DNA of 51,914 nucleotides, taken from contig JAVBQS010000124.1 of the NCBI GenBank assembly GCA_031548835.1, forward strand, positions 1-51,914, read 5' to 3'. The position numbers and the translations under genes were made by a program. Below the pieces are notes generated by a model that did no database searches, had not been told where the DNA came from, and saw nothing but the letters and a program-made list of their open reading frames with translations. This document shows, piece after piece, positions 27,030 to 36,165 of this stretch. The stretch comes from Spirochaetia bacterium (lineage in GTDB: Bacteria > Spirochaetota > Spirochaetia > CADAEX01). Each line of letters starts with the position of its first letter. The first letter of the stretch is position 1.

Positions 27030-27455
27030 ACAGCGCGACAAGGCTACAATATGGATGTTGTGTATGGCATTACGACACTGCGAAGCGTGTCGTAATGCCA
27101 AAATGCCGCAATATAGCGAAGCGTATAGCCGAGAGGTGTATGTGGATAGCGCAGGAACAAAAATAAATTTGTGTATAGAATTTCGGACTATATTTCGTTA
27201 GTCCAAATAAATTTATGGGACTGCAACAGGATTGTTGTGTCTTGTCCGGTAACATGGATGTTGCGATTAAGACAAGAACAAAAATAAATCTGTAGATAAA
27301 ATTTCAGACTATATTATCCCGAAACAAGTACGGGACTTTCCCGTCCGGGAGGTCGGGGCACTTCGTTAGTCCAAATAAATTCTGGAACAAAAGTAAATCT
27401 ATGTGTAAAGTTTAGGACTATGTTATCCCGTCCGGAGGTCGGGGCACTTCGTTAT
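27030..27455. repeat. Composite intergenic repeat array: GC-rich hairpin modules plus three imperfect AT-rich units
   Basis: Three units start with gaacaaaa(a/g)taaat...(g/a)gactat(a/g)tt at 27155-27214, 27276-27382 and 27385-27455. tcgttagtccaaataaatt occurs twice. The atggatgttg motif occurs at 27051 and 27254. There is a 13-bp-arm hairpin at 27066-27099. Confidence 0.85.
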
Positions 27456-29343
27456 CTTTAAGATATTCAATTACAGCTTCTGCAACTTTTATGGGAAGTT
27501 TTGCCTTTTCTGATAGCGAGTAACTGTCACTGTTTTTTATGTTTTCCATATTGCCGAATTCCTGAAGCATTTTTTTACTCCGCTCTGCTCCTATGCCTGG
27601 AATTTCTTCAAGCAGTGAAAAAGAAAGTTCTTTCTTTCTCATATTTTTATTAAATGTTGTTGCAAATCTATGAGCTTCATCTCTCACATGCTGCAATATT
27701 CTTAAAGGCAAAGTTCCTTCTTCAAGTTTTACAGGTTTATCTTTTCCAGGAATAAAGAGCAGCTCTTCCTGTTTTGCAAGCGCAGCTATATTTACATCAT
27801 CAATACCAAGAGCTTCAAGAACTCCCAGCGCTGCATTAAGCTGGCCTTTGCCTCCATCTATAAGAATAAGATCAGGCATTGGAAGCTGTTCATTTTTAAG
27901 CCTTGTATATCTTCTTGCAACAGCTTCTCTTATGGAAGCATAATCATCAATCATCTGGTCCTGCAATGTCTTTATTCTGAAAATCCTGTATTCAGGTTTA
28001 TCAGGCTTTCCATTATAAAAAGAAACCATTGAAGAAACTGTGTTATGCCCCCCAAGATGGGCAATATCAAATCCTTCTATTCTTAATGGAATTCTGCCCA
28101 GCTCAAGGGATTCTTTAATTTTTTTAAGAGCTTCCGAATAGGTAAGCTCTTTTTCCATTCTCATAAGTTCAAGCCTGCAGTTTTCTTCTGCCATCCGCAT
28201 TATTGAAGCTTCTTTTTCATCTTCAGGTGTTGTTACATGAAAATCTATCTGAAATTTTTCAAGAAAGAATTGTTTTAAAAGTTCAGTTTCAGGAGGAATA
28301 TTTACCACTATTTTTCCCGGAATGAATTGGGAAGACAAAGATAAATTTTGGGATAAAGCTTCCGGAAACGCCTCTTTGTCAGGAAAGGTATTGAGATTTT
28401 CTATTCCTGTAAAATATTCACTGTAATATTGAATAAGAAAGCGGCTTATGTTTTCTTCATTATCTGAATAGCTGGTAAAGCTGAACACAGATTTTCCTGA
28501 TATTTTTCCATCTCTCATCTGAAGCACTACTATTGCGCAGTTTATTCCATTTGATAAAAGCGATACAAAATCTTTCTTTTCTGCTGTAAAATCCTGAACT
28601 TTCTGTTCTTCAATAAGAGCTCTTATTGAAGAGAGAATATTCCGGTATTCGGCTGCTTTCTCATAATTTAAAGATGCAGATTCTTTCTGCATCTTTTTTT
28701 CCATCTCTTTTTCAATTTCAGCAATATTTCCGGAGAGTATTTTTATAATTGTATTAACCTCTTTTTCATACTCTTTTTTATCTGCTTTTCCTGTGCAGGG
28801 GGAATTGCACTGTCCTATATGATAGTAAAGGCATGGAGTTTTTCTTTGCCTTAGCGGAATTTCCTTGCATTTTCTTAACCTAAACCTTTTTTTTACAAGT
28901 TCAAGATATGTATCTATGCTTTGTATATCAGGATATGGTCCAAAATAGAGCGAACCATCATCAATTATTCGTCGTGTCCTAAAGATTCTGGGAAAATCTT
29001 CGTTTGTAACTCTTATTACAGGAAATGTTTTATTATCTTTAAGATTTATATTATATTTGGGTTTCCACTGTTTTATGAGATTATTTTCAAGAATTAATGC
29101 TTCATATTCAGTAGTTGTTGTTATAACTTCAATAGAATTAATCTTTTTTACAAGGTGGGATGTTTTAACTTCCTTATTTGCTGATTTTAAAAAATAAGAT
29201 TTTACCCTGCTGCGCAAATTTTTTGCTTTTCCCACATATATTATCTCTTCCTTCTGGTTTTTCATAATATATATGCCTGGATTTTCTGGTAATTCTTTTA
29301 CTCTTGCTTCAAGATTAGTTCTATTTTCTTTTGAATTTTTCAT
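27418..29343 (-). CDS. uvrC: Excinuclease ABC subunit C
   Basis: The N-terminal GIY-YIG domain (GIYIMKN...IIYVGKAKNLRSR), a UVR domain, the endonuclease V-like domain and a C-terminal (HhH)2 (IPGIGAERSKKMLQEFG) are present. The last 12 or so codons and the stop lie inside repeat unit 3. Confidence 0.95.
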   Translation of the reverse strand: MKNSKENRTNLEARVKELPENPGIYIMKNQKEEIIYVGKAKNLRSRVKSYFLKSANKEVKTSHLVKKINSIEVITTTTEYEALILENNLIKQWKPKYNINLKDNKTFPVIRVTNEDFPRIFRTRRIIDDGSLYFGPYPDIQSIDTYLELVKKRFRLRKCKEIPLRQRKTPCLYYHIGQCNSPCTGKADKKEYEKEVNTIIKILSGNIAEIEKEMEKKMQKESASLNYEKAAEYRNILSSIRALIEEQKVQDFTAEKKDFVSLLSNGINCAIVVLQMRDGKISGKSVFSFTSYSDNEENISRFLIQYYSEYFTGIENLNTFPDKEAFPEALSQNLSLSSQFIPGKIVVNIPPETELLKQFFLEKFQIDFHVTTPEDEKEASIMRMAEENCRLELMRMEKELTYSEALKKIKESLELGRIPLRIEGFDIAHLGGHNTVSSMVSFYNGKPDKPEYRIFRIKTLQDQMIDDYASIREAVARRYTRLKNEQLPMPDLILIDGGKGQLNAALGVLEALGIDDVNIAALAKQEELLFIPGKDKPVKLEEGTLPLRILQHVRDEAHRFATTFNKNMRKKELSFSLLEEIPGIGAERSKKMLQEFGNMENIKNSDSYSLSEKAKLPIKVAEAVIEYLKDNEVPRPPDGIT

Positions 29344-29523
29344 TATTTACCGATATTTATTATAAGGCTTTAATAGCCTTAATGTCGAGTTTCTATTTAA
29401 AACATTGATTATAGAAAAGTCACAGTAGGTGAATAAAACAATAAATTGATGTAAAAAAGAAGGATATTTATAAAATTCGATATTTGAATTACTATAATTA
29501 TAGAATCAAAGAGAATTTAAATA

Positions 29524-31017
29524 GTGAAAAAGATAATAATTTTTCTATTTGTTATTATAGCGCCTCTTTATGCTGTTGAAAAAGAATATCTTCTTGCCGG
29601 GGATAACTGGCAGCCCTATATGCTCAAAAATATTGAGATTGATAAAAATGCAGCTAATGAAGATTCGTTGTTTATTCAAAATAGCGAATATGCAGCTGAT
29701 AATTCCACACAGCTTTTGTTACATTTTAATTCTTTTCCATTTGCTGATACAGCAGGAAATTTCAAGGTAAAAGAAAACAGATCTTCGCTATCTTCAGGAA
29801 GAAAAAAATATGGAACAGGCGCAGCCCTTTTTAATGGAGAAACAAACAGCATTATTCTGGACCGCAGCGGGAAAGGAATTTTTCCCGGAGAAATATATTC
29901 AGGCGATTTCAGCCTGGAATTCTGGGTCTATGGACAAAATTATACTGATGGAGAAACTCTCTTTCTTGCTGATAGCTATGCAAATATAGGGGACAATTTT
30001 ATTCACCAGCTTTTAAGATGTTATCTTGAAAACAGAAGAGTTATATGGAATATAAAAAATTTTTTTATTCCTCCAGGCTCAAAACAGTTTGAAATAAAAA
30101 TTTCAAGCGTAAGACAGCTTATACCAGGCGCCTGGTCGCACCATATTCTTAGATACAGCTCTACAAATGGTTTAATGGAATATCTTATTGACGGGAAACC
30201 TGAAGCAGTTATATATATTACAACATCTGCAAGAGAGACTGGAGAATTTTATCCTTTATATTCGGGAACTAATGGAAGAATTGTACTGGGCGATAATTTT
30301 ACAGGATTGATTGATGAGCTGCGCCTCAAACTTGAATGGGTAGATGATTATACCCTGTCGCAATTCAGGAATCACTCAGGCGTTTATATATCAGCTCCTG
30401 TTGATCTTGGCCACAGCAAGTCTTCTCTTGTTGATATTGAAGTAAAAGATATTATTCCTCCAAGCACAGATATTTATTACTATTATTATCTTAGCGATTC
30501 AAAGAATAACCCTGCCGAAAATTCTCCTGAATGGAAAAAATTTACACCAGGTTTTATCAATGAAATAGGCGGCCGTTTTTTAAGAATTAAAGCTGTTCTT
30601 TATTCAGACGGCGATAAATTTTTATCTCCATCAGTCTCAAAAATCAATATCAAATTTGACCAGAAAAATCTGCCGCCGCCTCCCAAAACTGTAAGGGCAG
30701 AGCCAGGAAACAGCAGTGTAAAACTTAAATGGTCAGAAGCCGGCGATTCTGATATTGATGGTTATTATGTTTATTTTGGCGAAAGATCAGGAAAATATTT
30801 CGGATCTGAAAAAAATGGAATTACTTCTCCAATTGATGCTGGAAAAAATAATGAGATAACTATAAATAATCTTGAAAATGGCAAAATATATTATTTTGCT
30901 GTTGTATCATATTGCAAGTCTGCATCCAGGTATGGGGCTGGAGTGGAAAATGAAGGCGGAAATTATTCTGCAGAAATAAATGCAAGGCCTCTTGATATAT
31001 ATGGGGAAAAAAAATGA
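29524..31017 (+). CDS. Secreted LamG/concanavalin-like plus fibronectin type III domain protein
   Basis: A GTG start is followed by a signal peptide (MKKIIIFLFVIIAPLYA). The LamG-like block is FSLEFWVY...WSHHILRYS...GLIDELRL. The C-terminal FN3-like block is PPPPKTVRAEPGNSSVKLKWSE...DGYYVYFG...GKIYYFAVVSY. Confidence 0.7.
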   Translation: MKKIIIFLFVIIAPLYAVEKEYLLAGDNWQPYMLKNIEIDKNAANEDSLFIQNSEYAADNSTQLLLHFNSFPFADTAGNFKVKENRSSLSSGRKKYGTGAALFNGETNSIILDRSGKGIFPGEIYSGDFSLEFWVYGQNYTDGETLFLADSYANIGDNFIHQLLRCYLENRRVIWNIKNFFIPPGSKQFEIKISSVRQLIPGAWSHHILRYSSTNGLMEYLIDGKPEAVIYITTSARETGEFYPLYSGTNGRIVLGDNFTGLIDELRLKLEWVDDYTLSQFRNHSGVYISAPVDLGHSKSSLVDIEVKDIIPPSTDIYYYYYLSDSKNNPAENSPEWKKFTPGFINEIGGRFLRIKAVLYSDGDKFLSPSVSKINIKFDQKNLPPPPKTVRAEPGNSSVKLKWSEAGDSDIDGYYVYFGERSGKYFGSEKNGITSPIDAGKNNEITINNLENGKIYYFAVVSYCKSASRYGAGVENEGGNYSAEINARPLDIYGEKK

Positions 31018-33596
31018 AACCAGATGCATTATTTGAAAAAGCTCTTATGCTTATAAAGCATCAGGAATATGATGAAGCTGAACAGATAATTAAACAGTTA
31101 ATTGAAAAAAATCCTGACAAAGAAGCTCTTTACCTTACATTGGGAAATATATATTCATTTAAAAATAAAAAACAGCAGGCATTAGAAACTTATGAAAAAG
31201 CGACCCAAATTGCTCCTGAAAATCCTGATATTTACAGCAATATAGGTATTATCTATAAACAGCAGGGAGATGTGGATAATGCTATTTCATATTTGCAAAA
31301 AGCTCTCTCACTTACAAAAGACAGGGCAGATATTTATTATAATTTAGGTAACGTTTACAAACAGGCAGGAATTTACAGCGAAGCAGAAAGAATTTTTATC
31401 GAAGCTATTAAGCTTAATCCGGAATTTATTCAGGTATATAATAATCTCGGCACTCTCTATATTGAAAGAGGAGAACTGGAAAAAGCTGAAGATATAATAA
31501 GAAAAGGCCTCTTAATTGATGAAAACCATCCAAGGCTTTTATATAATCTTGGCATTATAAAAGATTTACAGGGAAAAGCTGAAGAAGCAATAGATTTTTA
31601 TAAACACTCTCTTGTGAATCAGCCTTTGTGGGTAGACAGTCTTAACAATCTTGGTATTGCATATCACAAATCAAATATGCATGGAAAAGCTATAAAAACT
31701 TTCAGCAATGCACTTAATATTGAACCTCAAAATTCAATGGTTAAAAACAATATTGCTGTTACATATAAATCAGTCGGAGAAGAAAAGAAAGCAAAACAGT
31801 TTTATAAAGAAGCAATTTCCCACAATCCTGAATATGTAAAAGCTTCGCTTAATCTTAGCGAGCTATACAGGGAGACAGGAGATTATGACAGCGCATTAAA
31901 AGAATTAAACAGGGTCGAGACAATAAAGCCGAAAAATGGGGAAGTAAAAATACATAAAGCCCATGTCTATTTTGATAAAGGCGAATTTGATAAAGCTGAA
32001 AAAATAATAGATCCTTCTATAAAAACCAGTGATAATCCTGCTGCTCTTGCGCTTAAAGCGCTTCTAAGTATTAAAAAGGGAAAAACAAATGAAGCAGCAA
32101 AATATATTGAAAAAGCAGATAATCTTGAGCCTGGCAATCCTTCGCTGAAAACTGCAAAAGCAGAACTTTACAGGCAGCAGGGGCAGCTGCAAAAAGCAGA
32201 AACAGAATTAAAAGATTTTCTTTCTGTAAAAAAGGGAAATCTTAAAGCTTCGCTTGAACTTGCAAAAATTCTTAAAGAGCAGGAAAAATTTGATGATGCT
32301 CTTTCTGTGCTTGATTCGCTTAAAGGAGACTATAAATATTATCAGGATACAATAGCGGAATATTCTGATATTTATAAAAAATCAGGGCAGACAGAAAAAG
32401 CGCTTGAATATTCAAATCAGCTTCTTGCAAAAGTGGGAGAAGACAATTCGCAAATTGATATCTCTTCATTAAATAAAGGAATAGAGTTATTTGAAGAAGC
32501 ATCAAAATCCTATGAACTTTTAAACAATAACAGAATGGAAGAAAGGCTCTCGGATTTTGTAAAAGAATATGTAAAAAATGAACAGGATAAAGTTGTCCCG
32601 CAGGATTCACTGAGTTTTCTTATTGGGTCTGTTGATGGGCTTAATGATGAAGAAGTTCCCATAATTGATATTGGGGGAATAGAACCTGTAATAGAAATAA
32701 ATGAAGAAGAGGAGATACATTTTCTAAAAGAAAAAGAAGAAGATTTTGATGCTGAAGAAAGAGAACCTGGTTTATATGAAGAAACAAAAGAGAAGATTGA
32801 AAAAGAAGTTATTGAAAAAATTGGAAAAGAAAATCAGCAGCTTTTCCCTCAGATGCCGCCGGCAGCAGCGCCATTTCTTCCGCAAATGCCTCCTTTTGCA
32901 AGGCCTGCTCCAGGTTTTCAGCCTTCGCCTGTAAAAGTTCCTCCTCCTGTATATGATAATCTTTATGAGAAACAGCCAAGAACAGCTCAGGATAATTCTG
33001 AACAAGATAAAGATAAAAATAAGGAAGATTTGCTTGAGAAATATGATGGTGTTGAAGAACCTGAAGGAGAATCATTTGCAGATCTTAAAAAAGAGCCTGA
33101 ATATGTAAATAATGATATTGCAGGTATGCTTGATAGTCTTGAAAGCCTTACTGATTATCTTACAGAAGGCAGAAAAGATAAATATGAAAAAAGTATAATG
33201 AAACTTAAAGTTGAGGCATTGAAACGGAAGCTTAAAGGAGATAAAGGGCTTCTTGACACTGTTTCAAAAAAAGGCGGAAATCAGGAAGAAAGTAGGCCTG
33301 AAGAAAAACAATTTGTGCCTGAGAAAAGAAGCAAGAAAGACAGGCGGAACAGCGACAGAAGAGGCGGAGAAGATAGAAGAAACAATTCAGACAGGAGAAG
33401 CGGCGATAGAAGAACCGGGGATAGAAGAAATATTCCCGGGAAAGAAAGCAAAATTATTACAAAAAATGATATTGAAAATGCATTTGTTTATATAAAAGGG
33501 CTTACTGACTTTTTGCCTCAGGATGTAGGCAGGGATGTTGTAAAACTTAAAATTGATAATCTGCTTGGAAAAATTGAAGAAGAAAAAAATGGATGA
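31014..33596 (+). CDS. Large TPR-repeat protein with Pro-rich and Arg/Asp-repeat C-terminal region
   Basis: The N-terminal 450 or so aa carry many 34-aa TPR units (for example YYNLGNVYKQAGIYSEAERIFIEAIKLNP). These are followed by acidic, Pro-rich (PQMPPAAAPFLPQMPPFARP) and DRR-repeat segments. The start shares an ATGA overlap with the upstream gene. Confidence 0.8.
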   Translation: MKPDALFEKALMLIKHQEYDEAEQIIKQLIEKNPDKEALYLTLGNIYSFKNKKQQALETYEKATQIAPENPDIYSNIGIIYKQQGDVDNAISYLQKALSLTKDRADIYYNLGNVYKQAGIYSEAERIFIEAIKLNPEFIQVYNNLGTLYIERGELEKAEDIIRKGLLIDENHPRLLYNLGIIKDLQGKAEEAIDFYKHSLVNQPLWVDSLNNLGIAYHKSNMHGKAIKTFSNALNIEPQNSMVKNNIAVTYKSVGEEKKAKQFYKEAISHNPEYVKASLNLSELYRETGDYDSALKELNRVETIKPKNGEVKIHKAHVYFDKGEFDKAEKIIDPSIKTSDNPAALALKALLSIKKGKTNEAAKYIEKADNLEPGNPSLKTAKAELYRQQGQLQKAETELKDFLSVKKGNLKASLELAKILKEQEKFDDALSVLDSLKGDYKYYQDTIAEYSDIYKKSGQTEKALEYSNQLLAKVGEDNSQIDISSLNKGIELFEEASKSYELLNNNRMEERLSDFVKEYVKNEQDKVVPQDSLSFLIGSVDGLNDEEVPIIDIGGIEPVIEINEEEEIHFLKEKEEDFDAEEREPGLYEETKEKIEKEVIEKIGKENQQLFPQMPPAAAPFLPQMPPFARPAPGFQPSPVKVPPPVYDNLYEKQPRTAQDNSEQDKDKNKEDLLEKYDGVEEPEGESFADLKKEPEYVNNDIAGMLDSLESLTDYLTEGRKDKYEKSIMKLKVEALKRKLKGDKGLLDTVSKKGGNQEESRPEEKQFVPEKRSKKDRRNSDRRGGEDRRNNSDRRSGDRRTGDRRNIPGKESKIITKNDIENAFVYIKGLTDFLPQDVGRDVVKLKIDNLLGKIEEEKNG

Positions 33597-34461
33597 TAAT
33601 GAATATTTAAGAATAATTAAAAATTATATCAAAAATATGCCAAGCCTCCCCGTTACTGTAAATAAAATAAGAGAAGTTTGCGATAATCCAAAAAGTTCTC
33701 CAACAGATATTTATAAATTAATTATTCTTGATCCTGTTCTTACAGCAAAAGTAATGAAGCTTATCAATTCTGCATATTACAGTATTTCAGGAAAAGTTAC
33801 TTCTCTTGCAAGAGCAATAATAATGCTTGGAATTAATACTGTAAAAAATCTTGTTATAAGCAGCTCAGTAATGAATATTGTAAATGGGAAAAATTATCTT
33901 CAGGCAGATAATGCTAAAAAATTCTGGCGCCATTCTCTTTGCACTGCTGTTGCTGCAAAAGTTATTGCTCTTAAAACAGGAAAAGACCGCAACGAGGCAG
34001 AAGAATATTTTATAGCAGGCATGCTTCATGATATAGGAAAAATACCAATTCTTGCATGTTTTCCTGACCAATACAGGGTAATTATAGATCAATGCGAAAT
34101 TAACAGCGGCACTGCATTTGAAACTGAACAAAAAATATTTGGTTTTAATCATTGCAGTATAGGCAACCTTATTGCAGAGCAGTGGACTTTGGGAGAAAAG
34201 ATGGAGATGGTAATTGCAAACCATCATAATCCGGAGCTTGTATCAGAAGATAAATATTGGGAAATTGTTTATATAATTTCTATAACAGATTATTATATAA
34301 ATAAGATTGGATATGGATTTGCAGATATTCAATGTATAACTGTTCCTCCTGCTGCAATATTTAAAAAAACAGGAATAACAGAAGATATGCTTGACAGCAT
34401 AAGAGATACAATTATGTCAGAGCTTGAAAAAGCAAAAGTATTTCTTGATTTTAAAGGATAA
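33589..34461 (+). CDS. HDOD-domain signalling protein
   Basis: I prefer the ATG at 33589 (ATGGATGA overlap with the upstream stop). HDOD-like features include LPSLPVTVNKIREVCDNP, the NSAYY pattern, LGINTVKNLVI and GMLHDIGK. Confidence 0.75.
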   Translation: MDDNEYLRIIKNYIKNMPSLPVTVNKIREVCDNPKSSPTDIYKLIILDPVLTAKVMKLINSAYYSISGKVTSLARAIIMLGINTVKNLVISSSVMNIVNGKNYLQADNAKKFWRHSLCTAVAAKVIALKTGKDRNEAEEYFIAGMLHDIGKIPILACFPDQYRVIIDQCEINSGTAFETEQKIFGFNHCSIGNLIAEQWTLGEKMEMVIANHHNPELVSEDKYWEIVYIISITDYYINKIGYGFADIQCITVPPAAIFKKTGITEDMLDSIRDTIMSELEKAKVFLDFKG

Positions 34462-34464
34462 AAA

Positions 34465-35388
34465 ATGAATATAAAACTTTGGGGTGTCAGAGGCTCTATT
34501 CCAAGTCCCGGGCCTGATACTGCCAAGTATGGCGGTAATACTACATGTATAGGCATTGATTTCGGGCCTGGCGAAAAAGAGACAATTATTGACGGCGGAA
34601 CAGGAATAAGGCTTTTTGGAAATTATCTTATAAAAAAATATCTGCCTGATAATATTATCGATGTAAATATTTTTATTACCCATACACACTGGGACCATAT
34701 AATGGGATTTCCTTTTTTTGCACCTATTTATATTCCTTCTACAAAACTTACAATATATGGGCCTGTTACTTATGAAGAAGGCGGGCTTGATGAAATAATA
34801 GGAAGCCAGTTTCAATATAAACATTTTCCTGTTATCCAAAGCGAGCTTGCAGCAGAAATTAAATATTTTCCTCTTAAAGAAACGTCATTTGCAATTGGCA
34901 AAAATATAAAAGTAATAACAAAATATCTTAACCATCCTGTATTATGTATAAGCTATAGATTTGAACAAAATGGAAAAATTTTCTGCTTTACAACAGATTC
35001 AGAACCATTCAGAAATATTTTTGCATCTGATCCTTCTTCTCCTGATTATGATGAACTTGCAGCAGAAGAAGGAGAAAAAGCTGCTGTTGAAGAAAACAGC
35101 AGGGTTGCAGATTTTTTTAGAGGAGCAGACCTTCTTATTCATGATGCGCAATATACTAACGAAGAATGGAACAATGAAAAGCTTGGATGGGGCCATTCAA
35201 GCTTTGAATATGTAATTGAAACAGCAGCAGCTGCCGGGGTAAAAAAGCTTATATTAACGCATCACGATCCTGAAAGGACAGATGATCAGTTAGATACTCT
35301 TGCTGATTTTTATTATAAAAAATATGCTGATATTAATAAAAAAATGCCATTCAGTTTTGCAAGAGAAGGAAGCGTTATCTCTCTATAA
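34465..35388 (+). CDS. MBL-fold metallo-hydrolase
   Basis: The HxHxDH motif (ITHTHWDHIMG) is present. The N-terminus is KLWGVRGSIPSPG and later metal ligands are visible (HDAQY, THHDP). The gene starts 3 nt after the HDOD gene stop. Confidence 0.8.
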   Translation: MNIKLWGVRGSIPSPGPDTAKYGGNTTCIGIDFGPGEKETIIDGGTGIRLFGNYLIKKYLPDNIIDVNIFITHTHWDHIMGFPFFAPIYIPSTKLTIYGPVTYEEGGLDEIIGSQFQYKHFPVIQSELAAEIKYFPLKETSFAIGKNIKVITKYLNHPVLCISYRFEQNGKIFCFTTDSEPFRNIFASDPSSPDYDELAAEEGEKAAVEENSRVADFFRGADLLIHDAQYTNEEWNNEKLGWGHSSFEYVIETAAAAGVKKLILTHHDPERTDDQLDTLADFYYKKYADINKKMPFSFAREGSVISL

Positions 35389-35469
35389 TTAATTGCATTG
35401 CTATTCTTTTTTATGTGTTTTTAATACTGCAGAATATTATAACTTTGTTAAAAATATAAAGACATACAA

Positions 35470-35961
35470 CTATCTGCAGCTTATTATATCAATATAGGTG
35501 TTTACCAAAACAAGATTTTCCCTTGATAAACTATATTCTTCTTCTGAAAGAGCTTTTTTAAAATATTCCTTTGCTTTTAAAAAATTATTATCTTCAAAAA
35601 ACAGCGACCCAATATTATTATATATAACTGCTTTTGAGTGGCTTGAATCAGCATAATTAATAGCTTTTTTATAATATTCATGTGCTTTATTTTTTTCTCC
35701 GCATTGCTGAAATGCAAGAGCTGTTTCTATATAGATATCGCAATCGTCATTTTTTAATTTTTCTGCTTCCAGTAAAACAGGAATAGCTTTATCAGGCTTT
35801 TCCGACTCTACATAAAGCACTCCAAGATTGTAATACGGCAGATAACTATCGGAAAAATCTTCAATTGCTTTAAGAAGAATTAATTCTCCTTCTGTAAAGT
35901 TTTCTTCAAGAGATTTTTCAGCAGCATCAATAAGCATTTTGTTAAGTTTTGAAAAATCCAT
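35470..35961 (-). CDS. Small TPR-repeat protein
   Basis: The 163-aa protein has TPR-like units (YYNLGVLYVESEKPDKAIPVLLEAEKL, AHEYYKKAINY, AKEYFKKALS). Confidence 0.6.
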   Translation of the reverse strand: MDFSKLNKMLIDAAEKSLEENFTEGELILLKAIEDFSDSYLPYYNLGVLYVESEKPDKAIPVLLEAEKLKNDDCDIYIETALAFQQCGEKNKAHEYYKKAINYADSSHSKAVIYNNIGSLFFEDNNFLKAKEYFKKALSEEEYSLSRENLVLVNTYIDIISCR

Positions 35962-36165
35962 AGCAATGAATAATAGATCAAATATTAAATTTATTTCAAG
36001 ATATAATTATTTATAAATAATGCTTTATTATTTTATGTTACTTATTCTGTATTTCAATAGGGGAGACAGATTTTATGTTATATCATTCCCTATTCTGGTT
36101 GAACAATTTCATGTCTGCCATCTTATAGAAATATAGGATCTCTATGCTCTATAGTATCGCAGTAA

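Noticed and set aside
26968-27255. Two ORFs (77 aa on +, 61 aa on -) in the holA-uvrC spacer
   Set aside because: Both lie wholly in the repeat and hairpin array, have no RBS and have Cys/Arg-rich composition driven by the GC-rich palindromes. They are unlikely to be coding.
27300-27370. Possible hammerhead or other small self-cleaving ribozyme, because of cccgaaac and GC-rich helices in the repeat insert
   Set aside because: I could not find the CUGANGA core or other required conserved elements on either strand. Only generic hairpins are present.
27155-27455. Possible CRISPR array, because three similar units recur in a row
   Set aside because: The period is about 110-120 bp and the units abut one another without unique spacers. 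The units differ by internal indels and no cas genes are present. This is a tandem or modular repeat, not a CRISPR.
29492-29503. A 12-bp perfect palindrome ctataattatag upstream of the LamG gene, as a possible operator or LexA box
   Set aside because: It is short and AT-only, it contains a plausible TATAAT -10 element, and I found no matching second copy or known operator consensus.
32746-33495. Alternative-frame ORFs inside the 3' part of the TPR gene (32746-32934, 32772-33075, 33253-33495)
   Set aside because: They arise from purine-rich low-complexity coding sequence (Glu/Lys/Arg repeats), which stays open in several frames. The long TPR frame explains the region.
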